Positions 47,466 to 56,475 of a stretch of 64,000 nucleotides of DNA are shown here, piece by piece. Below the pieces are notes generated by a model that saw only the letters and a list, made by a program, of their open reading frames with translations, was not told the origin of the DNA and did no database searches. Each line of letters opens with the position of its first letter. Position 1 is the stretch's first letter. The position numbers and the translations under genes were made by a program. The stretch is from Candidatus Methanosuratincola verstraetei (lineage in GTDB: Archaea; Thermoproteota; Methanomethylicia; Methanomethylicales; Methanomethylicaceae): contig CP186953.1 in assembly GCA_049570475.1 (NCBI GenBank), forward strand, positions 1,184,001-1,248,000. The letters run 5' to 3'.

Positions 47466-50400
47466 GTGATCGCCTTGTCAAAATCCCGCCGATCGCTCCT
47501 CCCTTTCCTGCTTTTGTTTGCGATCCTGCTAGCAGCGGTGCCTTCCTCCCAGTCCTCTGCGGGCCTGGCTTCCATAGTCTCTGAGAGCGGCACCGTGTAC
47601 CTTTACCACAATATGACTGCCGGGGAGGTCGAGCACTTGAGGGGCTCCTTCTTAATTGATTCGACAAGTGGATCTAACGCCATAATTGGAGGGCATGGGA
47701 CCGGCCTGGCTCCTCCCGATGATGAGGGGTGGGCAGCCCTCGCCGGGAGCGTTGTGATCGACTATGCGTTGCCCGGTGCCCCGATGGCGTCCTCTAGGCG
47801 GCTCGACCTGGATCCGTACTTCCCGCCTATCGGCGACCAGGGCATCCAGGGATCGTGCACCGCATGGGCGAGCGTCTACTATGCGTTGACGTACCTCCAG
47901 GCGAAGGCGCGCGGCTGGGCCGATGTCAGGACGAACCCCGCCCACGTCATGAGCCCTGCTTGGACCTACAACAAGCTGAACGGCGGGTCCGATCTCGGGT
48001 CTTGGTGCGACAGGAACATGCGGCTTGTCGCTGAGATCGGATCCGCCAGCATGGCAACAATGCCGTACAACCAGTACGACTGGCTCTCGTGGGGGAGCGA
48101 GCCCGCGTGGAGGGAGGCGCCCCTCTACAGGGCGGGCGGGTTCGCAACGGTGCGCCCCGACAACATCGACTCCATAAAGGCCCTGATCAACGACGGGTAC
48201 CTGGTCACCTTCTACATAGACGCTTCCTGCCCATGGTACTCTTCCTCGGACACGGTCCTCTCCTATGCCGAGTACACCGGCGGGTCCCCGAACCACGCAA
48301 ACGTGATCGTCGGCTATGACGACTCGGTCATCGATGGTGGTGACCAGGGCGCATTCAGGGTGGCGAACTCGTGGGGGGATGGCTTCAAAGACGGGGGCTT
48401 CTACTGGATCACCTATCGGACGATGAGCAAGATAAGCAGCTACTCGCCGATCGCGAACTCGTACCTGCCGAAGGGGGGTGGCATCTCATATGAGCCATTG
48501 GTGATCGCAACCTGGCAGCTGGATCCTGCAGGATCGTTGGACGGAGCCGTTGTCGTGGTTGGCGTGGGCGCACCCGAGTCGCCTCTCGCCTCGAAGGCCC
48601 CTTCGGATTATTGGAAGGCAGGCAAAAACTCGAAGATCCCCAACTTCATGTGCGTGGACATCACTGAGCTGAAGCCGTACATCGACACGGGCACAGGGGA
48701 GTTCTTCCTCACCGTCGGCAGGGGATCGGCAGCCTCGAGGATCGCCTCCTTCACCGTGGAGGTCTATTCTAGTTACAGCCTCCCGCCATCCCTGATATAC
48801 TCCTCCAGGGAGGTCCCGGCTTGGGCGCCCGCCACCGTCGCAATTACCGAAAGGCCCTCGGCGATATTCAGCTGGTCCCCCTTCTCCCCTCTGACATTCG
48901 AGCCGGTGCAGTTCACCGACGCCTCCTCCTCATACAACGGGACGATCGTTAGCTGGTACTGGTCTTTCGGCGATGGGACGCACTCCACATCAAAGAACCC
49001 TGTGCACTCCTACTCGTCTCATGGGCAATTCACCATATCGCTAACGGTGATGGACAGCAACGGGCTCTCATCCACAAGGTCCCAGGCGATAAGCGTGAGG
49101 AACCGCCTCCCCGAGATAAAGATTGTATCCCCTGAAGGCGGCAGCCTCTTCAGCGGGGTAGTTGAGCTGGCTGCATACGCATCTGACCTCGATGACGGGG
49201 TTTCAAAGGTCGATTTCTTCTATGAGTTGGGGGATCAATTGTTCTTCATCGGCACAAACCGGACAGCAATGCCTGAGGGCACATGGAGGCTCCAGTGGAA
49301 CACCTCCCCCCTCACAATCTCAGGCGTCCATGTCTTTGCAGTGGCTTTCGACGGTTTTGATTACAGCGCCCGGAGCTACCTTGATCAGCCGATAAGCCTT
49401 GACAACACGCCGCCTACACAGCCTTCTCCCAGATTCCCGAAGCCAGGATCGCGCACGGATGGGGCAGCGATGATCTCCTGGGAGCAGTCGACTGACGTTG
49501 GGAGCGGCATCCTCGGGTATATTGTCGAGCTCCGTGACGCGCAGGCGGGCTCAGCAGAGCCTGTCCTGATCGAGACAGAGCGCGCTCAATGCCAAGTCGA
49601 TCTCCACTCGGGGATGTGGATCTGGCGCGTGAGGGCTGTAGACCTGGCCGGGAACATGGGGGATTGGTCCCCCTCCAGCAATTTCATCGCCGACTCTTTC
49701 CTAGTGAATGAGAGCGGCCCAAGCTCCAGAAGGGTAGATCTCGGATCCGAGCAGGTCGTCTGGTTCAGGGTTTTCTACCAGTATGACGGGATGCCTTTCA
49801 CGCCTTCGAACGGCAGCGTCTTCATAAACGGATCGGCTGCATCATGGAATGGGAACCTCAGCCGCTGGGAGCTCTCCGTCTCAAGGACCTTGGTGGGCGA
49901 GGTCGCCATGCATGTATCTGCGGTACAGGACAACCATAATCCGGTGACCACAATCAACCGGACCGCCCCCCTGGCCTCCGTAGTCTTCGACCGGATCATC
50001 ATTGACAGGATCGATCCGGACGATCTTAGGGTCCAGGTGGGGCGGCAAGTCAATTTCAGCGTCATTGGGCATTATGAATACGACTCGAGGGAGTGGGTGG
50101 GCGAGTTTGTCCTGAACGACTCTTGCGCCAAAGATTCATTGGGGAGGTATTGCTACTCTGTCGAGAGCGTCACCGACGATCTATATGGCCTGACGAGTTT
50201 TGTGCAGCTCCCTCCCCCAGCCTCCGTAGTCTTCGACCGGATCCTACCCTGGGTCAATTACTCCGCCACGAGACCGGGCGAATGCGCGGTGTCGGTGCGC
50301 CTCCTTTACGCCTCTGACGGTTCGCCTGTGACAGGCGCGTCAGTCTCGATCAACGGCAGGCGTGCAGAGGATCTCGGGCATGGCAATTACGCGCTGGCGC

Positions 50401-50582
50401 TGGAGTCGTTTTTGCCTTACATGACCGTCAGTTCGGAGATCGAAGTCCAGAACTTTGATCCTGTCGCGACCGAGGAGGGGGTTTTGATGTCAGGGAACGC
50501 GTTTGTCTACATTGCTTCAGCTTCAGCGGCCGCCATTTCGCTTGCCCTCTTCCTGAAGCGTGCGCGCACAAAGCTTCATTGA
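47466..50582 (+). CDS. Membrane-anchored C1A (papain-like) cysteine peptidase with PKD and Ig/FN3-like domains
   Basis: signal peptide; DQGIQGSCTAWA, NHANVIVGYDD, ANSWG; PKD motif WYWSFGDG; C-terminal TM. Confidence 0.88.
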   Translation: MIALSKSRRSLLPFLLLFAILLAAVPSSQSSAGLASIVSESGTVYLYHNMTAGEVEHLRGSFLIDSTSGSNAIIGGHGTGLAPPDDEGWAALAGSVVIDYALPGAPMASSRRLDLDPYFPPIGDQGIQGSCTAWASVYYALTYLQAKARGWADVRTNPAHVMSPAWTYNKLNGGSDLGSWCDRNMRLVAEIGSASMATMPYNQYDWLSWGSEPAWREAPLYRAGGFATVRPDNIDSIKALINDGYLVTFYIDASCPWYSSSDTVLSYAEYTGGSPNHANVIVGYDDSVIDGGDQGAFRVANSWGDGFKDGGFYWITYRTMSKISSYSPIANSYLPKGGGISYEPLVIATWQLDPAGSLDGAVVVVGVGAPESPLASKAPSDYWKAGKNSKIPNFMCVDITELKPYIDTGTGEFFLTVGRGSAASRIASFTVEVYSSYSLPPSLIYSSREVPAWAPATVAITERPSAIFSWSPFSPLTFEPVQFTDASSSYNGTIVSWYWSFGDGTHSTSKNPVHSYSSHGQFTISLTVMDSNGLSSTRSQAISVRNRLPEIKIVSPEGGSLFSGVVELAAYASDLDDGVSKVDFFYELGDQLFFIGTNRTAMPEGTWRLQWNTSPLTISGVHVFAVAFDGFDYSARSYLDQPISLDNTPPTQPSPRFPKPGSRTDGAAMISWEQSTDVGSGILGYIVELRDAQAGSAEPVLIETERAQCQVDLHSGMWIWRVRAVDLAGNMGDWSPSSNFIADSFLVNESGPSSRRVDLGSEQVVWFRVFYQYDGMPFTPSNGSVFINGSAASWNGNLSRWELSVSRTLVGEVAMHVSAVQDNHNPVTTINRTAPLASVVFDRIIIDRIDPDDLRVQVGRQVNFSVIGHYEYDSREWVGEFVLNDSCAKDSLGRYCYSVESVTDDLYGLTSFVQLPPPASVVFDRILPWVNYSATRPGECAVSVRLLYASDGSPVTGASVSINGRRAEDLGHGNYALALESFLPYMTVSSEIEVQNFDPVATEEGVLMSGNAFVYIASASAAAISLALFLKRARTKLH

Positions 50583-50622
50583 AAGCCCCTGCGCCGCCGC
50601 ATGCCCGCATGGGCTTAGCGCC

Positions 50623-52092
50623 CTATGCACCGGTTTTCATGCGCTCGAGCCTCTCCCTGATGCACAGGTTCACAAGCTCGGGGTCACCTTTCCCCCTTGT
50701 CTTGCGCATCACCTGCCCGACTAGGAAGTGTGCGGCCTTCTCGTCGGAGAGCGCGTCCGAGACTGCCTTGGGGTTCTCCGAGAAGACCTCTTCAACCACC
50801 TTCTCGATCGCTTCCCTGTCCGCGATCCTTGTAAGGTCATTCTCCCTGACAATCTCCTCGGCGCTCCTCCCTGTAGTCACGAGGGCCGGAAGGATGATCT
50901 TGCCAATCTTCCCGCTTATCTTGCCCTCCCTGATCATGCCGAGCATGCCCGCAAACACCTCGGGGGTTATCCTCGCATCCTCCAGCTCCAGGCCCTTGTC
51001 GTGGAGCACCCCCAGCAGGTCGCTCATTATCCAGTTGCTCACCGTCTTCGGCTCCCCGAAGAGCCGCGCAGCCTCCTCGAAGAAGTCCGCGAGCCTCTTC
51101 TCAGCCGTCAGGACCTGCGCGTCGTACTGCGGCAGCCCGTACTCCCTGGCGAAGCGCTCAGCCCTGGCGTCAGGCAGCTCAGGCATCCTCCCCTTGACCT
51201 CCTCTATGAACTCGTTGCTTATGGTTATCGGCGGGATGTCCGGCTCCGGGAAATACCTGTAGTCGTGCTCCTCCTCCTTCTCCCTGAGCGATATGGTGAC
51301 CTTCCTGACCTCGTCCCAGTGCCTCGTCTCGCGCCTGACCCTCTCCCCCTTCTCGAGCAGGCTCCTCTGCCTGGAGATCTCGAAGTTGAGCGCCCTCTCG
51401 ACCTCCTTGAAAGATGAGATGTTCTTTATCTCGACCCTCGTGCCCCCCTTGATCGAGATGTTCGCGTCGCACCTCATCGCCCCCTCCATGCCGCCGTCGA
51501 AAGCCCCGATGTGCTCCATGATCGACCTCAGCTTCTGGAGGAATAGCCTTGCCTCCCTCGGGGAGGACATGTCAGGCTCCGTGACTATCTCGAGGAGAGC
51601 CATCCCCGCCCTGTTGTAGTCCACGAGCGTGTACGGCGAGAGGTCGATCGGCCCGATGTGCACAAGCTTCGCAGGGTCTTCCTCGAGCTGTATCCTCGTG
51701 ATCCTGACCCTCTTCCTGGCGCTCCCCACGTTGATGTCGATGAATCCCCCTTCGCAGATAGTCTTCGATCCCTTGGTCTCGTACATCGAGATCTGGAAGT
51801 TCTTACCCATGTCAACATAGTAGTAGTTCTTCCTGTAGAAGGAGGTCCTCTCGCTTATCCTGCTGTTAAGCGCCAGCCCTGCCATGACTGCAAGCTCGAC
51901 CGCCTTCGCGTTCGGCCTTGGGAGCGACCCGGGGTGCCCAAGGCAGACCTCGCATACGTTCGTGTTCGGCTCCTTGCCCCTGTAATCGGTGCTGCACCCG
52001 CAGAAGAGCTTTGTCCTCAGCCTGTTGAGCTGGCAGTGGACTTCTATGCCTATCACGACGCCGTCCTTTTCTCCAGGCACCTCATTGATCAT
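50623..52092 (-). CDS. gatB: Asp/Glu-tRNA amidotransferase subunit B
   Basis: IGIEVH, RKNYYY, QLEED, EIVTEPD, RCDANIS, YRYFPEPD. Confidence 0.97.
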   Translation of the reverse strand: MINEVPGEKDGVVIGIEVHCQLNRLRTKLFCGCSTDYRGKEPNTNVCEVCLGHPGSLPRPNAKAVELAVMAGLALNSRISERTSFYRKNYYYVDMGKNFQISMYETKGSKTICEGGFIDINVGSARKRVRITRIQLEEDPAKLVHIGPIDLSPYTLVDYNRAGMALLEIVTEPDMSSPREARLFLQKLRSIMEHIGAFDGGMEGAMRCDANISIKGGTRVEIKNISSFKEVERALNFEISRQRSLLEKGERVRRETRHWDEVRKVTISLREKEEEHDYRYFPEPDIPPITISNEFIEEVKGRMPELPDARAERFAREYGLPQYDAQVLTAEKRLADFFEEAARLFGEPKTVSNWIMSDLLGVLHDKGLELEDARITPEVFAGMLGMIREGKISGKIGKIILPALVTTGRSAEEIVRENDLTRIADREAIEKVVEEVFSENPKAVSDALSDEKAAHFLVGQVMRKTRGKGDPELVNLCIRERLERMKTGA

Positions 52093-52110
52093 GGCGGCTC
52101 ACCAACCTCC

Positions 52111-53559
52111 TCACACCGGGGGCCTGAGATCAAGCCCCAGCTCCTCCTCGACCCTGCTCGCAGCCGTTATGATCTTCCCCTCCCCGAGCGGCGGCCCCAT
52201 TATCTGGAGCCCGACTGGGAGCCCGTCGGCGAACCCGCACGGGACCGAGATCGCTGGAATGCCCGCAAGGTTGGCTGAAACTGTGTCTATGTCGCTCATG
52301 TACATCTCGAGCGGATCCTCCACCTTCTCGCCGATCCTGAACGCAGGGGTGGGCATCGTCGGCCCAACGAGCACGTCGAATCCCTTGAATAGCCGATCGA
52401 AGTCCCTCCTTATCAGCGTCCTCGCCTTCAGCGCCTTCAGGTAGTACTCCTCGTAGTAACCCGAGGAGAGCGCGAACGTGCCGAGGATGATCCTCCTCTT
52501 GACCTCGCTGCCGAAGTTCGCACCCCTGGTCTTGGAGAACGACTCCTCCCAGTTCAGCCCTTCGTCCTCCTCCCTGGTCCCGTACCTGATCCCGTCGAAC
52601 CTAGCCAGGTTAGAGCTGGCCTCCGACATTGCGATTATGTAGTAGGCCGGGAGCGCGTACTTGAGCGATGGCAGAGATGCCTCCTCCCAGGTGGCCCCTA
52701 GCCGCTCGAGGGCATGCACCGCCTTCCAGACCTCCCTCTCCACCCTGCTGTCGGTCCCCTCGCCGAAGAATTCCCGTGGGACACCTATCCTCAGCCCCTT
52801 GACGTCTTTATTCAGGTATGCGAGGTAATCCTCTTTCTCCCTTGGGATGGTGGTGCAGTCCTTTGGGTCGTGCCCGCTAATCACATTGAGCAGGAGGGCG
52901 CAGTCCCTCACGTCCCTCGCCATCGGCCCTATCTGCTCGAGGCTGTTTGCGTAGGCTACAAGCCCATGCCTGCTGACCAGCCCGTAGGTCGCCTTCATTG
53001 CGACTATCCCGCAGAAGCTCGCGGGGCACCTCACCGATCCCCCCGTGTCCGACCCGAGCGCCGCAAGTGCTAGCCTCGCCGAGACCGCTACCGCAGAGCC
53101 GCCGGAGGATCCCCCGGGGACCCTCGTCTTGTCCCACGGGTTCCTGCATATGAAGAACCCTGAGTTCTCGGTTGACGACCCCATCGCAAACTCATCCATG
53201 TTTGTCTTCCCGATGACAGTACCGCCTTCCGACTTGATCCTGGATACGGCAGTAGCGTCATACGGCGGAACATAGTCCTTGAGAATCCTCGAGCCGCAGG
53301 TGGTCCTCAGGCCTTTGGTGCATATGCAGTCCTTGACCGCTATGGGCGCCCCCTCGATCGATCCATTCCTGGATCCCGCACCCCCCTCCAAATCTGCCAT
53401 GAACTCGTTCACAGTGATGAATGCGCCATACTCCGGGTTCAGCCTCCTGATCCTCCCTAAGAGGGCTTCAAGGAGGGCTTCCCTCTCTATCTCGCCGTTC
53501 TTGATCGACTCCACTGACTCGAAGAGAGTCAGGTCCTCAAGCCTTGCCATAGCTAGCAC
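52111..53559 (-). CDS. gatA: Asp/Glu-tRNA amidotransferase subunit A
   Basis: GKTNMDEFAMGSS, PGGSSGGS, SDTGGS, EVKRRI. Confidence 0.97.
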   Translation of the reverse strand: MLAMARLEDLTLFESVESIKNGEIEREALLEALLGRIRRLNPEYGAFITVNEFMADLEGGAGSRNGSIEGAPIAVKDCICTKGLRTTCGSRILKDYVPPYDATAVSRIKSEGGTVIGKTNMDEFAMGSSTENSGFFICRNPWDKTRVPGGSSGGSAVAVSARLALAALGSDTGGSVRCPASFCGIVAMKATYGLVSRHGLVAYANSLEQIGPMARDVRDCALLLNVISGHDPKDCTTIPREKEDYLAYLNKDVKGLRIGVPREFFGEGTDSRVEREVWKAVHALERLGATWEEASLPSLKYALPAYYIIAMSEASSNLARFDGIRYGTREEDEGLNWEESFSKTRGANFGSEVKRRIILGTFALSSGYYEEYYLKALKARTLIRRDFDRLFKGFDVLVGPTMPTPAFRIGEKVEDPLEMYMSDIDTVSANLAGIPAISVPCGFADGLPVGLQIMGPPLGEGKIITAASRVEEELGLDLRPPV

Positions 53560-53568
53560 TCGCCCTAA

Positions 53569-53865
53569 TCACACTATCTTGGGGGCGACGATGAACCCGT
53601 CCTTTACTTTCGGAGCAGTTGAGAGTGCCTCTTCCCTCTCGAGCCCAGCCTCCTCACGATCGTCCCTGAATGCGTTAGTGAGGTCCAGCACATGGAATGT
53701 CGGATCGGCTGCATCAACCTCCGGGCTGTCAAGCGCCTTGGCGAACTCGAGAATCCTGTTGAGCTGGTCTGTGAACCTCTCTATCTCATCAGGCGTAAGC
53801 GCGATCTTCGAGAGCCAGGCGAGCCTCTCGGTCCTTTCCTTGGAAACGGTCTTGATGCTCTCCAT
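53569..53865 (-). CDS. gatC: Asp/Glu-tRNA amidotransferase subunit C
   Basis: LAWLSKI, AFRDD, AP...GFIVAPKIV; upstream of gatA. Confidence 0.9.
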   Translation of the reverse strand: MESIKTVSKERTERLAWLSKIALTPDEIERFTDQLNRILEFAKALDSPEVDAADPTFHVLDLTNAFRDDREEAGLEREEALSTAPKVKDGFIVAPKIV

Positions 53866-53988
53866 CGTTGCCCCTCCCTTTTACGCATAATAGCCATTGT
53901 GCGTAATAAAAATGCTGTTCTGGCTGACCGAATGCCGTTACTAACAGTTCTAAAATAAATAGGTTATTATAGGTTCTTATAATATACG

Positions 53989-54594
53989 ATGTGCATGCCA
54001 GAGAAGTTGTACACCCTTAAAGAAGCCTGCCTGCTTCTCGGTCTTCATCCGAGAACGATTCAGAAGTGGGACAAGCAGGGGAAGATCAGGGTCGTGAGGA
54101 CCATAGGCGGCCGCAGGAGAATACCCGAATCAGAGATTCGGAGGATGCAGGGCGAGAGAGGTATAAGGAGCATAATAGGTTATGCCAGAGTTTTGTCATC
54201 AACCCAAAAAGACGACCTGGAGAGGCAGGTGGAGTATTTGAGGCAGAGAGGGGTTCAGGAGATAATTACTGATGTAGGTTCTGGTTTAAACGAGAAGAGG
54301 AAAGGGTTTCTGAGGCTTCTCGATAGGGTGCTGCACAATGAGGTGGACAAGGTAGTAATATTGTACGAGGACAGGCTTACAAGATTCGGATTTGACACAC
54401 TTCGGAAGGTGTTCGAAGCCCATGGAACAAGCATCGAGGTGCTGAACCAGGTGGAGATGAAATCACCCCAGCAAGAGTTGGTCGAAGACCTTATCATGAT
54501 AATATCCCATTTCTCAGGTAAGATGTATGGGTTGAGGAGCCATAAGTACAAGGAGGTCATGGAACATGCTAAAGACCTATTCGCTCAAGCATGA
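53989..54594 (+). CDS. tnpA: IS607 TnpA (MerR-like HTH plus serine recombinase), with Leu at the catalytic Ser position
   Basis: GGRRRI, YARVLSSTQKDDLERQ, DVGSGLN..RKG, DRLTRFG, ELVEDL, FSGKMYG.RS. Confidence 0.92.
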   Translation: MCMPEKLYTLKEACLLLGLHPRTIQKWDKQGKIRVVRTIGGRRRIPESEIRRMQGERGIRSIIGYARVLSSTQKDDLERQVEYLRQRGVQEIITDVGSGLNEKRKGFLRLLDRVLHNEVDKVVILYEDRLTRFGFDTLRKVFEAHGTSIEVLNQVEMKSPQQELVEDLIMIISHFSGKMYGLRSHKYKEVMEHAKDLFAQA

Positions 54595-55825
54595 TAAAAG
54601 GGAAGAGGTTGAAGGATTGCTTAGAGCATACAACGAGATACTCAACGCTATAATAGAGGATATCTGGTCAAACATAAGATGGAAACAGGTTAAGATACAA
54701 GGAAAGAATCAGTTCAGGCTCCTTCCAATCTACAGGAAGGATAGTCAGTTCAAGAAGTGTTTGAGGGATAAGAACCTGAAAGGTTGGATTTATGCAGCAC
54801 ATTGGGTTGATTCTGCACTGAAGACTGCTTTTTCGATAATGGATTCTTGGAAGAAGAATTATGTTAAAGGTGATAGGAAGAGGGTGTGCCCAAAGGCACG
54901 AAGATTATTCATTAGAGTGAAGCAGACCTTATGCAAGCTGGAAGGGGACAATCTAAGGGTTACCACAGCACCCAAAAGTTTTGTTTACTTTGACCTATCA
55001 AAACGCTACTTCAAAATCCCTAGGGAAATCTCATCAAGCGGGATCGGGGAACCAATCATCACTCTCAACAGAATATATCTACCTATACATGCGCCTGATA
55101 AGAGACCTGAACCCGCAATAGGAAAGATCGCTTGGGACTCAAACATGCTATCCCTTGATGGTTACTCTCCCAAAACAGGTTGGGTGAAGATAGATACGAA
55201 GGCGCTTGCTACTGTTCACATATCATCCTTTGAGAAGAGGAGGTCGGTTCAGAGAGAGGCAAAGTCGAAGAAGGCTAAGAGGGTGCTGAACAAGTATTCG
55301 AGGAGGGAGATGAATAAAGCAAGGAAACATCAGCTCGAAATCGCTAGAGTCATAAACTCTTTAGCTGAAGTAAACGGTTTCGAGAGGCTGAGGAAGGAGA
55401 GGATGTATCGGAGGTCTAGGGTATGGAACAGGAGAGTTATGAGAACGGACTGGAGGGCGATAATGAGAAGGGTCGATGGCAGCACAGAGCTGCCTCCACA
55501 GCACACATCTAAGGGATGCTCCAGATGTGGGTGTATCAATAGAGACCTGAACGGGTGCATGTTCAGATGTGGGAGCTGTGGTTTAACGATAGATAGGCAG
55601 CTCAACGCCGCGATAAACCTGTATCTGAGGATGGAGGGAGTTCCCCACCAGATGAAATGGTGGGATAAGCATATCCTGCCATCACTGGTGGGTGGGTACT
55701 TCCTGACAGGGGCGGAGCTGAAGGCCCCCTATGAACTCGTGAGGGGGCTATATGAGGCTGTGAAGCCCAAGCTCTTGTATGCATATGATAGACATGCCGA
55801 CGCATACCTACCTGTGCCTACATAG
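54566..55825 (+). CDS. tnpB: IS607-associated TnpB-like protein with variant RuvC-III
   Basis: IAWDSN (RuvC-I), GFERL (RuvC-II), TSKGCSRCG..CGSCG Zn finger, DRQLNAAINL. Confidence 0.88.
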   Translation: MLKTYSLKHDKREEVEGLLRAYNEILNAIIEDIWSNIRWKQVKIQGKNQFRLLPIYRKDSQFKKCLRDKNLKGWIYAAHWVDSALKTAFSIMDSWKKNYVKGDRKRVCPKARRLFIRVKQTLCKLEGDNLRVTTAPKSFVYFDLSKRYFKIPREISSSGIGEPIITLNRIYLPIHAPDKRPEPAIGKIAWDSNMLSLDGYSPKTGWVKIDTKALATVHISSFEKRRSVQREAKSKKAKRVLNKYSRREMNKARKHQLEIARVINSLAEVNGFERLRKERMYRRSRVWNRRVMRTDWRAIMRRVDGSTELPPQHTSKGCSRCGCINRDLNGCMFRCGSCGLTIDRQLNAAINLYLRMEGVPHQMKWWDKHILPSLVGGYFLTGAELKAPYELVRGLYEAVKPKLLYAYDRHADAYLPVPT

Positions 55826-55949
55826 AGCGAAACCCGTCTTAGTTCCGGAGCCTTCGTCCATAGGATTTGTGAAGGCGGGTACCTGAAATGGGAAATCGCA
55901 AAAATTCATTCGAGTGGAAATAAAAAATAAAATGGAGGATGTGCGGGGC

Positions 55950-56399
55950 TCACTCGATCTTGATCGAGTGCCTCTTGGCCTTCTCGAGCTTCGGCATCTT
56001 CACTTCTAGGACGCCGTTGTTGAACGTAGCCTTCACCTTTGAGGCGTCGACCCCGCAGGGGAGCTCGATGAGCCTGTAGAAGTTCATCGACCGCCTTTCC
56101 CTCTTCCTGACACCGCCCTTCTCAAGGGAGACCTCCTGCTTCTGGGATGCCTTTATCTCCAAAGTGTTGTCGGTAAGGTTGAGTTCAATGTTCTCCTTGG
56201 GGACCCCTGGGAGCTCCGCGGTGACTATGACCTCGTCGGAGGTCTCGTTGATGTCGACCAGCGGCTCCCTGAACCCTTGATCGCTGGAGACGGGGAGCCT
56301 CCTCTGCATCTCCTCGGTCATGCTCCCCATGAACCTCTCCATCTCCCGCATCATCCTCCGGAAATCGTCGAATATGTCGATCCCGTAGGACATCATCAA
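55950..56399 (-). CDS. hsp20: Small heat-shock protein Hsp20
   Basis: EPLVDI, AELPGV.KE.I, ATFNNGVLEV. Confidence 0.95.
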   Translation of the reverse strand: MMMSYGIDIFDDFRRMMREMERFMGSMTEEMQRRLPVSSDQGFREPLVDINETSDEVIVTAELPGVPKENIELNLTDNTLEIKASQKQEVSLEKGGVRKRERRSMNFYRLIELPCGVDASKVKATFNNGVLEVKMPKLEKAKRHSIKIE

Positions 56400-56475
56400 C
56401 CACCTCTGGAATTAGAATATATCGCAGTAAAATATATATCTTTCTGTAGCATAGAAGTATCGCAGGTGCATCAAG

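Larger units (their letters stand above)
53920..55885 (+). mobile_element. IS607-family element (tnpA plus tnpB); ends approximate
   Basis: overlapping serine-recombinase and TnpB ORFs; clearly more AT-rich than its flanks; short direct repeats (aggttattat/aggttcttat) at the left end. Confidence 0.88.
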
